Origin: Lama guanicoe
Taxonomy: Eukaryota
Assembly: GCA_013239625.1 (NCBI GenBank)
Contig: MU053652.1
Coordinates: 1,178,001-1,242,000, forward strand
Direction: 5' to 3'
DNA length: 64,000 nt
Made by a program: the position numbers and the translations under genes. Numbering within the stretch: the stretch's first letter is position 1; each line of letters opens with the position of its first letter. Shown one piece after another: positions 23,690 to 36,132 of the stretch. Under the pieces are notes generated by a model. That model did no database searches, had not been told where the DNA came from, and saw only the letters and a list, made by a program, of their open reading frames with translations.

Positions 23690-24200
23690 ATACTGCATTC
23701 CAGTGCATCTGCAATGCCATTAATTATAAGATACACCATTGTTTTATGTGCTGCTGAGAAATAACCTTGACAATTAAAGTACGATAAAATGCTTTCTTAT
23801 CCTTTAGAATGTTCGTGTTGCATTTATTGGAAGAACATAGATTAAAAAGGAAAATTGAAGTGAAATGAATTGGCTATGATATTCTTGAATTTTATTCACA
23901 TTTGGAGTCCAAGTTTTTGAATTGCTTTCTGACCCTGAGTTGTCGTGTCAGTGTATTTCCACACACTCTCATCCTCTATGCCTTTAAGAGTGCTGGAGAT
24001 GTGGCATTTCTTAGAAGAGTGCTTCCCTATCTACTCCGGAGTTTTCTCCCAAGTTGCTGACACTCATTCTGCATGTTTTGATGCTATTGCTTTCTTGATC
24101 TTACAAAGACAGTGTCACGAACTATGTTATGACTGCCACTTGGCCCACAGCAACAGTAAGATGCCTTCGCTCTCAGAGCTGTTGAAATGTGAATAATTGT
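23690..24200 (-). mobile_element. TcMar-Tigger fossil (Tigger13a-like) with pogo transposase C-terminal remnant
   Basis: Minus strand 24084->23959 translates as ASKHAE*VSATWEKTPE*IGKHSSKKCHISSTLKGIEDESVW, matching the pogo-type W..I....I..SFKKC.IS..LDG.EDD motif. The end ATGCCATTAATTATAAGATACACCATTGTTTTATG resembles the recalled consensus terminus. Confidence 0.8.
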
Positions 24201-24869
24201 GCTTCTCAGAATTACTGGAATATGGCAGCAATGCACTCGCTGTGGGAGGGACTTGGACCAAGGAGTCAGTGTTAATAGTGGAGGTATGGAATATGGGGCA
24301 TTTTCTTTATTCTTAATGGTTAACCGTTGAGGATATTGTTTTACATACAGACATTGTTGCTCTCTAATCATTTTAACGTACAATTCTATTTTCTCTTTCA
24401 TGGAGAATCATAATGAAGATGAATCTTAGTCTTAACCTGACAAGATAGTCCTGTTTTTTTCTGTCTGTCCTTTTGAAGCATCTTTCAAACATCAAACTTA
24501 CTTTGCCCTTCAAACATTCATAGTTATGTGTAAATGAGGGCTAAAAGGATGAAGGAAGCTTGTTGCTCTCAAGGTATTGACAGTTAAATGAGAAATGGGA
24601 ATACACTTAACTGACCAGAGTACAGCAGAGCCTTGTGGGTCTCATTATGGGTGACAAAGCATTCACTGTGTTTCATAGTTAGTAAGCATAAGTAAGCCTC
24701 CCTATTTTTTTTTTTCTTTTAAACATGGAAGACTACAGTAATAGAGCATGTAAATAGGACCGAGAAGTTAAGTGGGATAAAATTACTGGGCGCTATTTCC
24801 CCTGGATTTATTAAGTTTAAATTAAAAACTTAATAAGATAATTAAAAAATGATGTGTCGAAAGAAATAT

Positions 24870-25275
24870 GATCATTGAATGTATATGATCCTGGATTGGA
24901 TCTGAATTTTTTTTTTTAAGACATGTTTGAATACGTGGAGAATAGTATAAGGCCTGTAGATTATAGTTTTGTATGTATGACTGTTAATTTCTTAATTTTG
25001 ATCAATGTACTGCAGTTATGTAACAGATTATCCTTGTGTTTTAGAAATCTCCCTGGAATATTTAGGGGTAAAAGATACCATGCCTGCAACTTAATGTCAC
25101 ATGTTTCAGAAGAAAATAGCATCTGTGTATGTGTTTGTGTAGAGAGAGAGAAAATGATCAAATAAATCTGGTGAAATGTTAATTGGAAATTTGAGTAAGG
25201 GTACATGTGGATTTTTTGTAGTATCTTTACAACTTTTGTAAGTTTGAAATGATTTTTTAAAAAAGATTATAAAAT
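24870..25275 (+). mobile_element. Old L1 (L1MC/L1ME-like) 3' end
   Basis: ATCCTGGATTGGATCTG, GTTAATTTCTTAATTTTGATCAATGTACTG, ATATTTAGGGGTAAAAG and AACTTTTGTAAGTTTGAAATGATTT. Confidence 0.8.
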
Positions 25276-26784
25276 TGAAAAGCTATTACTAAAATATCAG
25301 GTGTCCAATATTTTAAATCAGTACATTTATTTTAGGTGACTTTAGGGCAGATATTTGCATATTTAAAAAAAAATCCATTCTCTTGGCAGAAATTTGCAAA
25401 ATGTCCTCACTCTGATTCCTTGCTTTCAGACATCCTGAAGTGGTCTCTCACTTTGTGTATTTTTATACATTATATAGCATGTATGTATATGTCCATATAT
25501 GTATAATTTTTTGAGGCCAGCTTGGGGAGCATTTAAGCATAGGTTTCTGTATTATTGGTGTTATTTAAGTACTCTCTCAGTATTGTGTCTGAGAGGTTTT
25601 AAATAATGGGAGGAACAGTTTCCTGTACTTATTCTTTGATAGAGAATTTCCAGTGATCTATGACTAACAATTTTGATGATTTAATTCAGAAAGGAAGTTC
25701 CTCTTGTTCCTTTCTAAACTAGTCCTTGTGATCCCTGCTCCTCCTCTTTAGCTCTTTTCCCTTCCATTACTTGTCACCCTTCCCCTCTTCCATTAGGCCA
25801 AATTAATTTTTAAAAATCAGTAAAATCCTGCCTCTTCCAGGAAGTCTTCCCTGATTATGGGACTCTGATCACTTTTTAATCAGTTATTTTATTGTTTTAT
25901 GTTGTCTCAGTGATGGATTAAAATTACTGTTGCTGTGCAGTTGTTTACAGTTATGTGTACATAGTATTTTCCCCACCCATTGTCAGAATACTGGCAGGTA
26001 CAAATTGCTTTCTTTGTTCCCCCTGAATTTATTCCCACAGCTCATGACTGCTGTCCTGATAAGGTGGTTGTTCACTAATTGATTCTAAGTATTTCTTACT
26101 GGATCCCAAACTAAAGCTACTGTTTTTGGCCTTTGGGATTATCTGTATCTTTCCTCTCTTCCTTTTAACTTCCAGTCTCTAAGGGTTAAAAATTTTTTTG
26201 TTTGCCTGCATTAGTTGAGAGAACATTTTCATAATTTAGCCAATTCGTTTGGTATTTTAAATTCAGACATCGCAAATAAACTGGATTTTTTTCACCTATA
26301 ATTAGATCTCTGGTTGTTAAAACGTCTAAAACATACTTGAACAGAAAAGCATTCTAACATAATTTATAAATATGTTATACTCTGTGGTGAAGCTAAATTG
26401 ATGAGACTGATTTTTGCTTGAGGATAAACCACATTTGCATCTTATATAACTTAATATTTCTCTTGTTGATTCAACTCAGGTGAAGTAACTTTTCTAAATA
26501 ACAGAAATTTCGATGATTATATAAAATAATGGGCTGTGTCTCATTGAGTTTGGTTCATATCTTAATTGTCATTTTAATTTTTTTTGGTTGTCTTTCAAAG
26601 ATTACCTGAAGATAAGCTGTTGTATAGGGTTAGGATTAAAAACCATAAAATGTCTCCTTTTACCTTTACTCTGAAACATTTTTTGGGTTAAACATAACTC
26701 TGGCATCTTTATCATTGTCTGGCATCATCTAGAATTTGATTCATGGTCTTTCATATGTCATCACATCCCAGCCACCCTCAAAAG

Positions 26785-26900
26785 TGTTCACAAATGAGGA
26801 AATGGAGGCTCTGAGAGGTTAAATGACTTCCTTTTGGCCATAGGTACGAACACCTGGATTTAAGCTTGGGTTTTCATTGCAGATCTGTGTACTCTGCTGG
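26785..26900 (-). mobile_element. MIR fragment
   Basis: CAAATGAGGAAATGGAGGCTCTGAGAGGTTAAATGACTT. Confidence 0.7.
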
Positions 26901-26904
26901 ATTA

Positions 26905-27330
26905 CAAGTTCTTTTCTGTGCCGTGTAATGGCATTCTGCTGAAGCCTATGGATTCATTTTCAGAGTAATGTTTTTAAATACATAAAATATATAGCATTAC
27001 TAAGGAAACCAATTACGACAGCATCTTCAAAATGCTAAAAAAACCACCAAATTTGTAATAAGGTAATATATTTACTTATTAGTAAATTAAATAAAAAGAG
27101 CTGATGTTGAGTGTATTTTGAAATGTCTGAAACTATTACAATATGATATGAAAATATTTCTTTTGGTGACAGAATCATAGGTATTGTGGCTAATACTACT
27201 TGATTTTAGGTTATCATTCATAATTGAAGGAAACACTTACCTTCATTTAGTAGTCAAAATAAAGGTTTTTGTCTTTGTTTTCTTATCCAAGTTTACAGAG
27301 CTCTTGCATTCCCAGGTTAAGAACTCCTGC
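26905..27330 (-). mobile_element. hAT-Charlie element (Charlie4a-like)
   Basis: GAAGCCTATGGA, AAGGAAACCAATTA, ATGATATGAAAATAT...TTGGTGACA, ATTCATAATTGAAGGAAA and the terminus CCCAGGTTAAGAACTCCTG. Confidence 0.8.
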
Positions 27331-29035
27331 ATTAGACCACATTGTCTCATGCCTATAAACATCATGTCATCTGCTGGTCTTGGCGCATTTTAGGCACTTA
27401 ATAAAGGTTGAGTAAACAAATTGCAGAATCCAAAATAAATGGTAATGATATAAGGCCTCATAAAAAAACGATGAATAATTAAATTATCCATATGTTTTGA
27501 GCCTCATGAGGGTAAAAATTAAAGTTCACTTTAATTTGAAATGGTTAGAATGTGTTATCATTAATTATTTGTTTCTTAGGATTCTAGTCAGTTCTCTGCC
27601 TACCACTCCCCTAAAGGTAAAAAGATTATGATATTTTCTTCATTAAAAAATTTTAGCCTGCCTTTCAGCTCCTTTTGGGCAGTTTGTTTTAATGAGGGTG
27701 ACTGACTGTCATAGAGAGTTTCAGTTCTCCATCATTGATGACTATTACATAGGGCATGGAAGGGACCTGAAATAGAATGTTAAAGAGCTTTGAAATGGCA
27801 TGACTCTTCTTTGCGTTATATAAACCCGAAAAGGTTTGTTTTATTGCTTTTTACCTGTGAGTCTGAACATCTTCATCAGCTGTCAGACTCGACAGCTTAA
27901 GTGTATTGTAGTTGCTTCTGTCCTTAGCTACCTAAAATCAAATTCTACTAGTTCTTTGGTTAAATAGGAGTTAACCACTTAAAAACGTTTTGTTTCCTCC
28001 CTTAGATGAGGAATAGGTAGGCTGTTTCTTCTTAACTGTTAAAGGTCCCTCAGTCTGACTCAGTCTGTAGCTCCGGAGACACTGAGTAACTTGAATGGTG
28101 TGGACAGGAAAAGCTTTAGGTACTGGAGAAAAAGCCCTTTAGCACATTTAGCGTCAAAACAGTTGTTGCCCCAGTTACAAGTATTCTCTGCCGGTCAGCT
28201 GTAAAACTTGTGAGGCACTCTGATACGGCCCTGCCCCTCAGCCGCATCTCCTCCCAAGGAGGATGCTTCCAGACACATGTGCATTTCTGTCAGCTTCCTT
28301 AATTCTCTCTCCCATGTCGGTCCTGCAGAAGCATCTATTGAATGTCTCTTCTGCCATATAAATTCATCCCTCCACTCTTCCCAACCTCTGATTTGTTGTT
28401 TTTCTAATCATTACCAACACTTAAACAGTCTAACTTTCTATACTTAATGCAAGTAGTTTGCAAAAGCTTTTGGCCGGAATTTTTTAAGACTTTTACTTAC
28501 AGTTGGGCTGGAGAATACTGTTAATTCCTGATTATCTGAGGACAGATCATTTTCAATTTGGCATATAAGTTGAATAGTATATTCTTTTTTCTTTTAGTAC
28601 CTCTTCTTTTATAATGACTTTTGTTTTTTTTGTACAACTGCCCTCCTTCCCCCATTAGTTTTTATTTTGCTGCACCCCATTAGGAAACTTCTGAAACCTA
28701 AAAACATAAGCATTTGTCCAATTATAGGGAAAGTTTGAAAGAATGCATATCTTCTGAGGTGGGTTGGTATTTTGTACCATTCTAAAGCAGTATTTCTCAG
28801 CTGGGGACTTGAATAGCAGTGTTCTGGAGAGCATATTGCTGCTAAAAGCTCTAAAGGAGGATATTTTAAATTCTATTAACAAATCTACCAATAGAACAAT
28901 TATTTAAATATTTTCTTTGCATGTCTACTGAGTTTTGTGGTTGTCAGTGGCGATCAGGCAAAAGAGCTACCGTCTTTGACTTGCTTTACCACACAGTTGG
29001 TTTATCACATACATGTATTACTACTTGCCATGATG

Positions 29036-29189
29036 TTTGTTTGTTTGTTTGTTTGTTTATTTATTTATTTATTTATTGCAGGAGAGGTAATTAGGTTTAT
29101 TTATTTATTTAATGGAGATACTGGGAATTGAACCCAGGACCTTGTGCATGCTAAGCGTGCACTTTTCCGCCAGGCTCTACTGCCTCCCC
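29036..29189 (-). mobile_element. tRNA-derived camelid-type SINE (Vic-1-like) with (TTTG)n/(TTTA)n tail
   Basis: GGAGATACTGGGAATTGAACCCAGGACCTTGTGCATGCTAAGCGTGCAC is antisense to a tRNA-Ala-like head. GGAGAGGTAATTAGGTTTATTTATTT is the 3' segment. Confidence 0.85.
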
Positions 29190-31499
29190 TCATGCCGTGG
29201 TGATTAGGTATTTATGTAGTTTAAAATATTTATTCATAGTCGTGTAGTATTTAATTTATGCCTATAATGGATTATTGGTTTAAGTCTAGAAACTTATAGG
29301 ACTCTGATGATGAAAAGCAGGATAATGAACATCATGAACCTGATGATAGTTCTGAAAATTAGCTTTAGGATGCTTTTTACTACATTAGTAAGCTGTATTC
29401 ATTTGATAAAAATTCTCATTTGGTATACTGAGGTGCCCCTGTATTTTAATACTTAATGTTAGGAAGAGAAAAATACGATGATTGTTATATTCAGTTCTGC
29501 TTTTAATTTATTGGGAATAAAAAGTATTCTCCCCCAGTTGTATTTGCATTTACAAATAGCACCCTGAAATCTTCTCTCTTATCTTGTCGTTTAGAAATAA
29601 AACATAAAGAGCTAAAATTAAGCCATTTATTTTACTTAAGCGTAAAATGTAAGAATTCTGAACTTTAGGTCACGAAAGTGATTTTTGTCCATTTTTGATA
29701 CTGTATTTTAAAATACTGTTGGCCCCCAAACCAAACATAATATAGTCATTTTTGAAACTTTTTTTTGCATAATGAAAGGCCAAAACAAATTTAATTTTAT
29801 CTTGATATATTGTAAATGTTACAAAGAGGTACTGTAGACTCTGTCATGATCTTAATATTAGTAATTTGATATCTCATGTTTTAAACTAAAATCACTTTAT
29901 CACGTAACATATAAATTACAGATTCTTTTAAAAATTACCATGAGTTTCTTAAATTGCATTACTATGAGAGGATTTGCACTTCTAGAAGTGTTGAGAAATG
30001 CAGTTACCCATTGGAATGTGTAGCAGGGAGAAGAGCTTTGGGGAAGGAAATGAAACATCTTCCCAGTTTCTGCAGTGAGGAGAGTGTGGAAATGTGTACA
30101 CATGGGCACAGACTGCAGCCAGCTTTGACTGGCTTCAGCAGTGTGCTGGCCCTGTGTTATTATAGCGCTTGGCTTCCTGTGTTAACTGCCTAGTTGACTG
30201 TAATGATGAGCTTCACCTAACAGGGATGCCACTATCCTACTTCTTGTTGGGATGAGAATTTGAGTAAAAGAGTTTGCCGTATAAGACTTGCTCTGAGGGT
30301 GTTCTCTTAATGTTAAGCCTTTGAAGGTTTGTCCTATGCTGCAAGGATGTTTAAAGCTACAGTAATTGTGGTTACTCAGATAGTTTGAGAAAATCTTAGG
30401 GAAATGCAGAAATATTATTTCAGTGTGAGTTAGAAAAGCATTTTTAAGATTGTAAAAGCACAAATATTGTTCATTAAAAAAAAGGTATGTTTCAGCCAAC
30501 CTTCCTGTTAAGTGAATATGTTTAAGTGGATTATAGCTCTCTATTTACATCTTTTATAAAATTGGACATGCTATGTTGGAAAAAAGAGCCCCTGGATATA
30601 ATTTGCATTTCTTAAGAATGCAGCAGATCTGTCATGGCATGCTTAAAATAATTATTTTCTTACAGAATTTTAACACCAATGCTAAAAACATTACCAGCAG
30701 CTCTAATGTATTAATATTTTACCTACCTTATGCCCAAGCAGACTGTTTTAGACCTAAACTAATGTTTACTTTTCAACTGTTAGTTGAAGTTCTCTTAGGA
30801 CTGTTAGCATATCAAAGGGAGTATTGAAGTAGTACGGTTGTTTGTTTTGGGACTTAGGGATTCCTGACGTTTAACAGCAGAATGTGGACTAGTGGAAATG
30901 GGATTTCCAGGATCACTCAGGACAGGATGGTCACATTTGAGTTTTGTGTATATGTTTAAAGGGGGTGGAGATGGGGAGAATGAACTTGTGATTTAATTAA
31001 TCTTTTTGTTTCAAATCCTGCTTAGTGAATTTGCAATAAAAGAAAATCTGTGAAAAAAAAAGTAGGGGGACGGGGGAAGGGGATTTAGTAGGATTTATGT
31101 TGTATCCTTACTGCTGTTATATAGAATTCTGCGTGAGAGGAGAGAAAGAAAAAATGTAAGAGCATTGCTTCAATTAATCAGGTTCTCAGCAGACTTTAGG
31201 ATAGCTGAAATATTTTCTTATAAAAGTTTAGCTCGTCAGAATGGTGGTGGAAAGTTAGTAACTTATTAGTCTGTAGGTAGTATGATTATGTTAGACTAAT
31301 ATTAAACAGGAAATAGGTGGTAGGATGGAACCCTGGAGAATTGTCGGGGTAGAAAATGAGATTTTGTCATTTTGATCAGTAATATATAAAGTGCAAGTTA
31401 TTTGAAATTTGAGGACTACTTTTGTGGGGTTTTGGGTGAAATAAGTTTACAGGAGCTGAAAGGTAATCTGATGAGGTATTGGTATATGTCAGAAAGTGA

Positions 31500-31680
31500 T
31501 AAGATTCTCACAGCAATTTCATTACATGGTTACTTTTATTATACCCACTTTACAGGTGAAGGAAATGAGTCGCAGGAAAGCTAAGTTCTATCTAAAGATG
31601 CAAGTATAACAAATGGCAGAGTAACGTGTTAGATCTAAGCAATCTTGATTCCAGAGTTAACATACTTAGCTGCTCTGCTG
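31500..31680 (-). mobile_element. MIR fragment
   Basis: TTATACCCACTTTACAGGTGAAGGAAATGAG...AAATGGCAGAG...GATTCCAGAG. Confidence 0.65.
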
Positions 31681-32124
31681 TGATGTCATGGGTAAAGAAT
31701 CACAGTTTCAGAATTATGTTCTGAAAGGACGTATGTAATTAAAGGAACATTAGAGGTGATCTAATACACGCCTCTCATTTAGAAATCATGACACTTCTAA
31801 GGAAGTTGAATAACTTGCTTAAGTAACTTACTCTGGTTTGGACAAAGCACCTCAATGACTTTCTGGTTTCCTCTTATCATGGTATCTGGATGAGGAGGCT
31901 TTCCTGGGGCAAATACAGACTTTTGCCCTCAAGTTTCTCCCACCTCTTTCAAGTATACTCAACAGAGCCGAGTTTTTAGCTTCTTAAAGTTTGCACGTAG
32001 ATGAGTTTTTAGCCTCTCTCCTCTCCTTTCCTCCCCTCCCCTCCCTTTCTTACCCTACTCTGTCTCTGATTCTTCTAGGTCCAAAAAAGGGTAAATTAGA
32101 ACTTTGAATTTTTGCCATGTTTTA

Positions 32125-32470
32125 TCAGTATATGTGGGTTAGAAGATAGGTTTCATTGTCCAGTGGAGACCACAAGTAATCACGGCTTAAAAAGTTAGAA
32201 TTTTACTTTTCTGTAACATTTTGGGTAATTTGATGATTCCTTAATTTGGGGACCCAGACTCCTTCTGTCTTATTTTGCCTCCCTAAGTTGTTTCCAATAG
32301 CCATATGGCCCACAGTGGCTCCCAGCTGTCCTCTAGCCTGTGCCATGGGGAATAACTTAGAAGCCGCACATGCCACGGCCACTCACGTGTTATTAGCTGG
32401 AATGTAGTTATGAGGCAGCATGACTGCAAGCGAGGCAGGAGAATTGTCCTTTTCATCAGCCATGTGCCCA
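32125..32470. mobile_element. ERVL-MaLR solo LTR fragment (MLT1J-like)
   Basis: CACGGCTTAAAAAGTTAGAATTTTAC, GGGGACCCAGACTCCTTCTGTCTT and CTGCAAGCGAGGCAGGAGAATTGTCCTTT...GCCATGTGCCCA. Confidence 0.75.
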
Positions 32471-34129
32471 ACCACTTATTTCCCTGTGTGGCAATCTGCT
32501 GTGTTAGTCATTCATCATTTTTTTGGATTCTCAGGTGAGAGTGGAAAATGGTAGAGCCGAGATTGTTAAGTACTGAAAATGTTGGTAACCCTGAGACACA
32601 AGTTCTTGTCAAATTAAAGCTGAATTATGTTGAAATATTTGGGTTATAAACAATTTACATTCTCACATGTCTGAATTCCTGTTTGGATTTTAGTTACTCC
32701 TGATTTATCAGTATGGATGAAAAATTGAAAAGACTTGATATTTTCAGTTTATACCCAAACTGCATAAACAGTATCTGAGGGTTCCTCTACTACTGTAAGG
32801 AATGAATTATTTAGTTTGATTTTCCTTTAAACCCAAATAAATAAGATGAAAGTCAAGATAAAGCCACAGTACCTGTTACCGTGTCCTATTATTTGTCATT
32901 GCTACTCTGTCTTGAAAACTGTGAAAAGTGATGGTTTTGATATTTGTTATTGAGATACAATTCCCACAGATAGGTACTTAAAATCTTTTCATCTTAGCCA
33001 GTGATTGCAGTGTGTGCATGTACTCAGCAACTTAAAAAAATGAAAATCTGGTGCTTTGAATAATAGCTTTTACTAGAGATGCTTCAGGCCATGAAACCCC
33101 AGCGAGAAGTTGTCAGATTCCATTTTAAGGAAACAAGGCTAAATTTTGATATGTATTTCCTACTAAGTATAAATCTAATCAGCAACTAAAGAACATTAAA
33201 TGTTTTATTTTGCTAGTGGCAGCAAAGAATGTAATGATAGACATACTAGTTGAAATGTATAGTTGAAGTTATATTTTCTTTTGGCCTCTGCCTTTGTGAA
33301 ATAAAATAAATAGGTCTCTATGTCTGTTTCACAGCCTGAATGGACAGTTCATAGAGTGATTTTCTAGAATATCCCAAAGTATAGTGACTCCTTTTAGCAG
33401 TGACTGCTACATGTGGGAAGTGTATGTCCATGGAGCTTCACCATCATTCTGTTGTGGGATATTTGTTGCTGATGTAGAAAATCCTATCAGTGGTTATCTT
33501 TCATTCCTTTTATCTGATTTAGCTTAACCTCAGCTGATTGCTTAAGTCAGTGACTAAGAATTTTTCATCAGCTCTCCTTGGTAACACATATCATTCATCA
33601 TAATAGGACTGCTGGTGTTATCAATTGAAAAATCTAAATGGAAGATAAAAAAATATAGTTGAAAACTGAATTGAAAAGAGAATATTTTGGCTGAGATTCC
33701 CCCTGTTTTCTACCTGTGTTTAATATGGCCACTGAATACCTGTTTTCTGACACTTTGAATCTCATTTGCAATCTAGAAGAACTCTTCATCAAATAAATAG
33801 CCCTTGTTGTGTGGTGTGCTTCCAGAGAGCATGATAAGAAACTGTGTGCTATGAATTATGCTTCCCAGAACGTTATTATAATAATGGTGTGTGAGTGTCC
33901 TGTGTTTGAGTAGTTTTGCCTTTTAAGAATATGTAGTCTGTTATAATGGAGGGTACGCAGGATGGCTGTGGGGTAAAAGGAAAAAAATGAAAACTAATTT
34001 TGTTTTCTTGAGTCTTGTGGTGCTCGTTTTTGGACATTTTAATCCCAGCCAGTTCTCTGTTAGCAAAACTGATATAATTTGTACATTTGATGTTCATGAT
34101 TGAATAGATAAAGGTTTTTTTTTTAAGTG

Positions 34130-34580
34130 GAATTTACTGCCTATTTATTCATGCCTCATTTAAAAGTTACGTTTTAAATGATTATGAATGTAAAAATGTG
34201 TTTTTGGTAAAAAACACCATTAAGTGTAAAAGCGAGAAAGAAAAATGATCCATTCTCCCCAAATTCAATAATAATCATCATTTTGTATATATAATTCCAG
34301 GCAATATATATGTGTGTATTTCTTTTTATTGGTTCCATTGTTTTTTTTTTTCAGAGCTAGACATATACATAGCAAAAGGAAGAGTCAACAGTATTTTCAA
34401 TTGAGTATCTTGTCCTTTTTGCTTACTTGTGAGAATGTTTTCCTGGGATTAATATTCTTTGATGCATATTTCTTAATACTAGAATAGTATTTCATTATAT
34501 GGCTGTCCTGTAGTACTGTTTGACAATTTTTCTGTTTTTGGATATTTAGTTTGCTTCCAGTTTTTCACTGTTTTATATGT
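34130..34580 (-). mobile_element. Old L1ME-like fragment
   Basis: GAATAGTATTTCATTATATGGCTGT...TTTTGGATATTTAGTTTGCTTCCAGTTTTTCACTG. Confidence 0.6.
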
Positions 34581-35044
34581 AAAATATATATTGCTTTTCC
34601 TCATTGTTGAAATTTTCCTCTTTGCCACTGGCCGTCATGCTTCTAAGAGGAAGATTTAATAGTCATTTAAACTGGCCATGAAAATGATATTTTAGACAAT
34701 ACTTGATCAACATCAATTTTACTTTACCCTTTAGTCTCCTCATCATTCATCATAATCTATGACTTTGGCAATGTTCAAAGACAATGAAAGAGATTGAAAT
34801 TAATTCTTGCTACTGTCAGATCAAATTCATTTATAAAAAATATGTGAACCTTGGCAATCAGAAACTAGAATACTTAGATGATTGGACCTGGATATCAAGC
34901 CAGATCCTAAATCCTCTTGAAAGATGCACCACACATTTTTTTTTGGTACATAATCTTTTCTGTAGGTTGAAAAAAGTTGTGAATCCTAGCATGTTGACAT
35001 TCTGAAGAATATATATCTTAAGATAGCCTCTTGCAAAATATAGT

Positions 35045-35556
35045 ATTGGCTCAATGAAATGTTATATAGCATCAGTGAGGATTTTTAAAATAAAATGCTG
35101 GTGGTTCTTCATTTGAAGGGAGTTTCATTGTGATTCATAATGATGTTCATCTTTGGCCTTAAAATGCCTCCTCAGAGTTCATTTAATCTTCAAGAGAAAC
35201 CTCATTGTTAATTTCCAGATAAGGATTTAACTCACAGAGGGTAGTGTCAGAAAGAGAACACAGGTCTCTTTAAGCCTGATTCTTTAATTAAAATTGTTTT
35301 GCTCTGCTCATTGAGCTCTGTTTTTATGTCCATTTAAGAGAAATTAAATATGGCATGCTTCTGTATATCACAGTCCTGTGGTGTATACACACACATCCTA
35401 CCCCATGGTTGAGATTATGAAATGAAAGTCTTTCATGTGTGGCATGTTTCATTGGCTCAGTGAAATGTTATACAGCATCAGTGAGGAGTTTTTAAATAAA
35501 ACACTGGTGGTTCTTCATTTGAAAGGAGTTTCAATCTGTTTCGTAATGACGTTTAT
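35045..35556 (+). repeat. Local direct duplication: 35045-35150 and 35451-35556 (106 bp each, ungapped, 13 mismatches by hand count)
   Basis: Both copies begin ATTGGCTCA[A/G]TGAAATGTTATA[T/C]AGCATCAGTGAGGA and contain CTGGTGGTTCTTCATTTGAA. Confidence 0.95.
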
Positions 35557-36100
35557 TCTAATTATTTTATGGTCATGTGACATGCATATCAATTTAAATC
35601 TGAACATTTTATACTATTTTAAAGATTTTATATTACATGTGAATAATACATTCTTACTGTTAAATTCTCTATAAATTATATAACTGAGATCAAATATATT
35701 AAAGCCTTTTTAAAGTGTTAAAGCACACAACAAAATCTTACTAATTTGGATTCATTTAAATTACAATTTGTCATGAAATTAGAGAAGATTTATGTTTACT
35801 TGTATTAACAGGATGGGGGATGGGGTAGATGTGAGAGAGGGTTTGGTAAGAAAATTCCAAGAGGAAATCTCAAATTTTTTAGCAAATTATTTTATGAAAT
35901 CATCTTGTATGTTGGAAGTTACAGTTTACAGAGAATAGGTTCATATTCTGATTAGCTTTATTAAAGTAGTTCCTAGGGACCTCTACCTGGTAACACTTTT
36001 AAAAGACTTAAAAATAACAAAAATGCCTTTCTTTAAAGTGTCATAAGTGTTTAGATTGTATTCACTCTTGCTGCCTTCCGACTGTTTATTCTCGATAGTT

Positions 36101-36132
36101 TGAAATTACATGCTGTAGTGAAATTACATGCT
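36101..36132 (+). repeat. Short tandem duplication, TGAAATTACATGCT x2 (18-bp period)
   Basis: Exact 14-mer at 36101-36114 and 36119-36132. Confidence 0.9.

Noticed and set aside
23349..23720. 123-aa minus-strand ORF as a nested gene
   Set aside because: No recognisable homology. It starts within the end of a Tigger fossil and has no promoter or splice context.
29300..29360. Box C/D snoRNA (ATGATGA at 29307, CTGA at 29352)
   Set aside because: The boxes span only about 50 nt, and there is no terminal stem or recognisable rRNA guide sequence.
32510..32545. YAG|GT recursive splice motif here, with similar motifs at about 26478, 60972 and 63987
   Set aside because: Such motifs arise by chance at this density, and I saw no well-defined downstream exon end.
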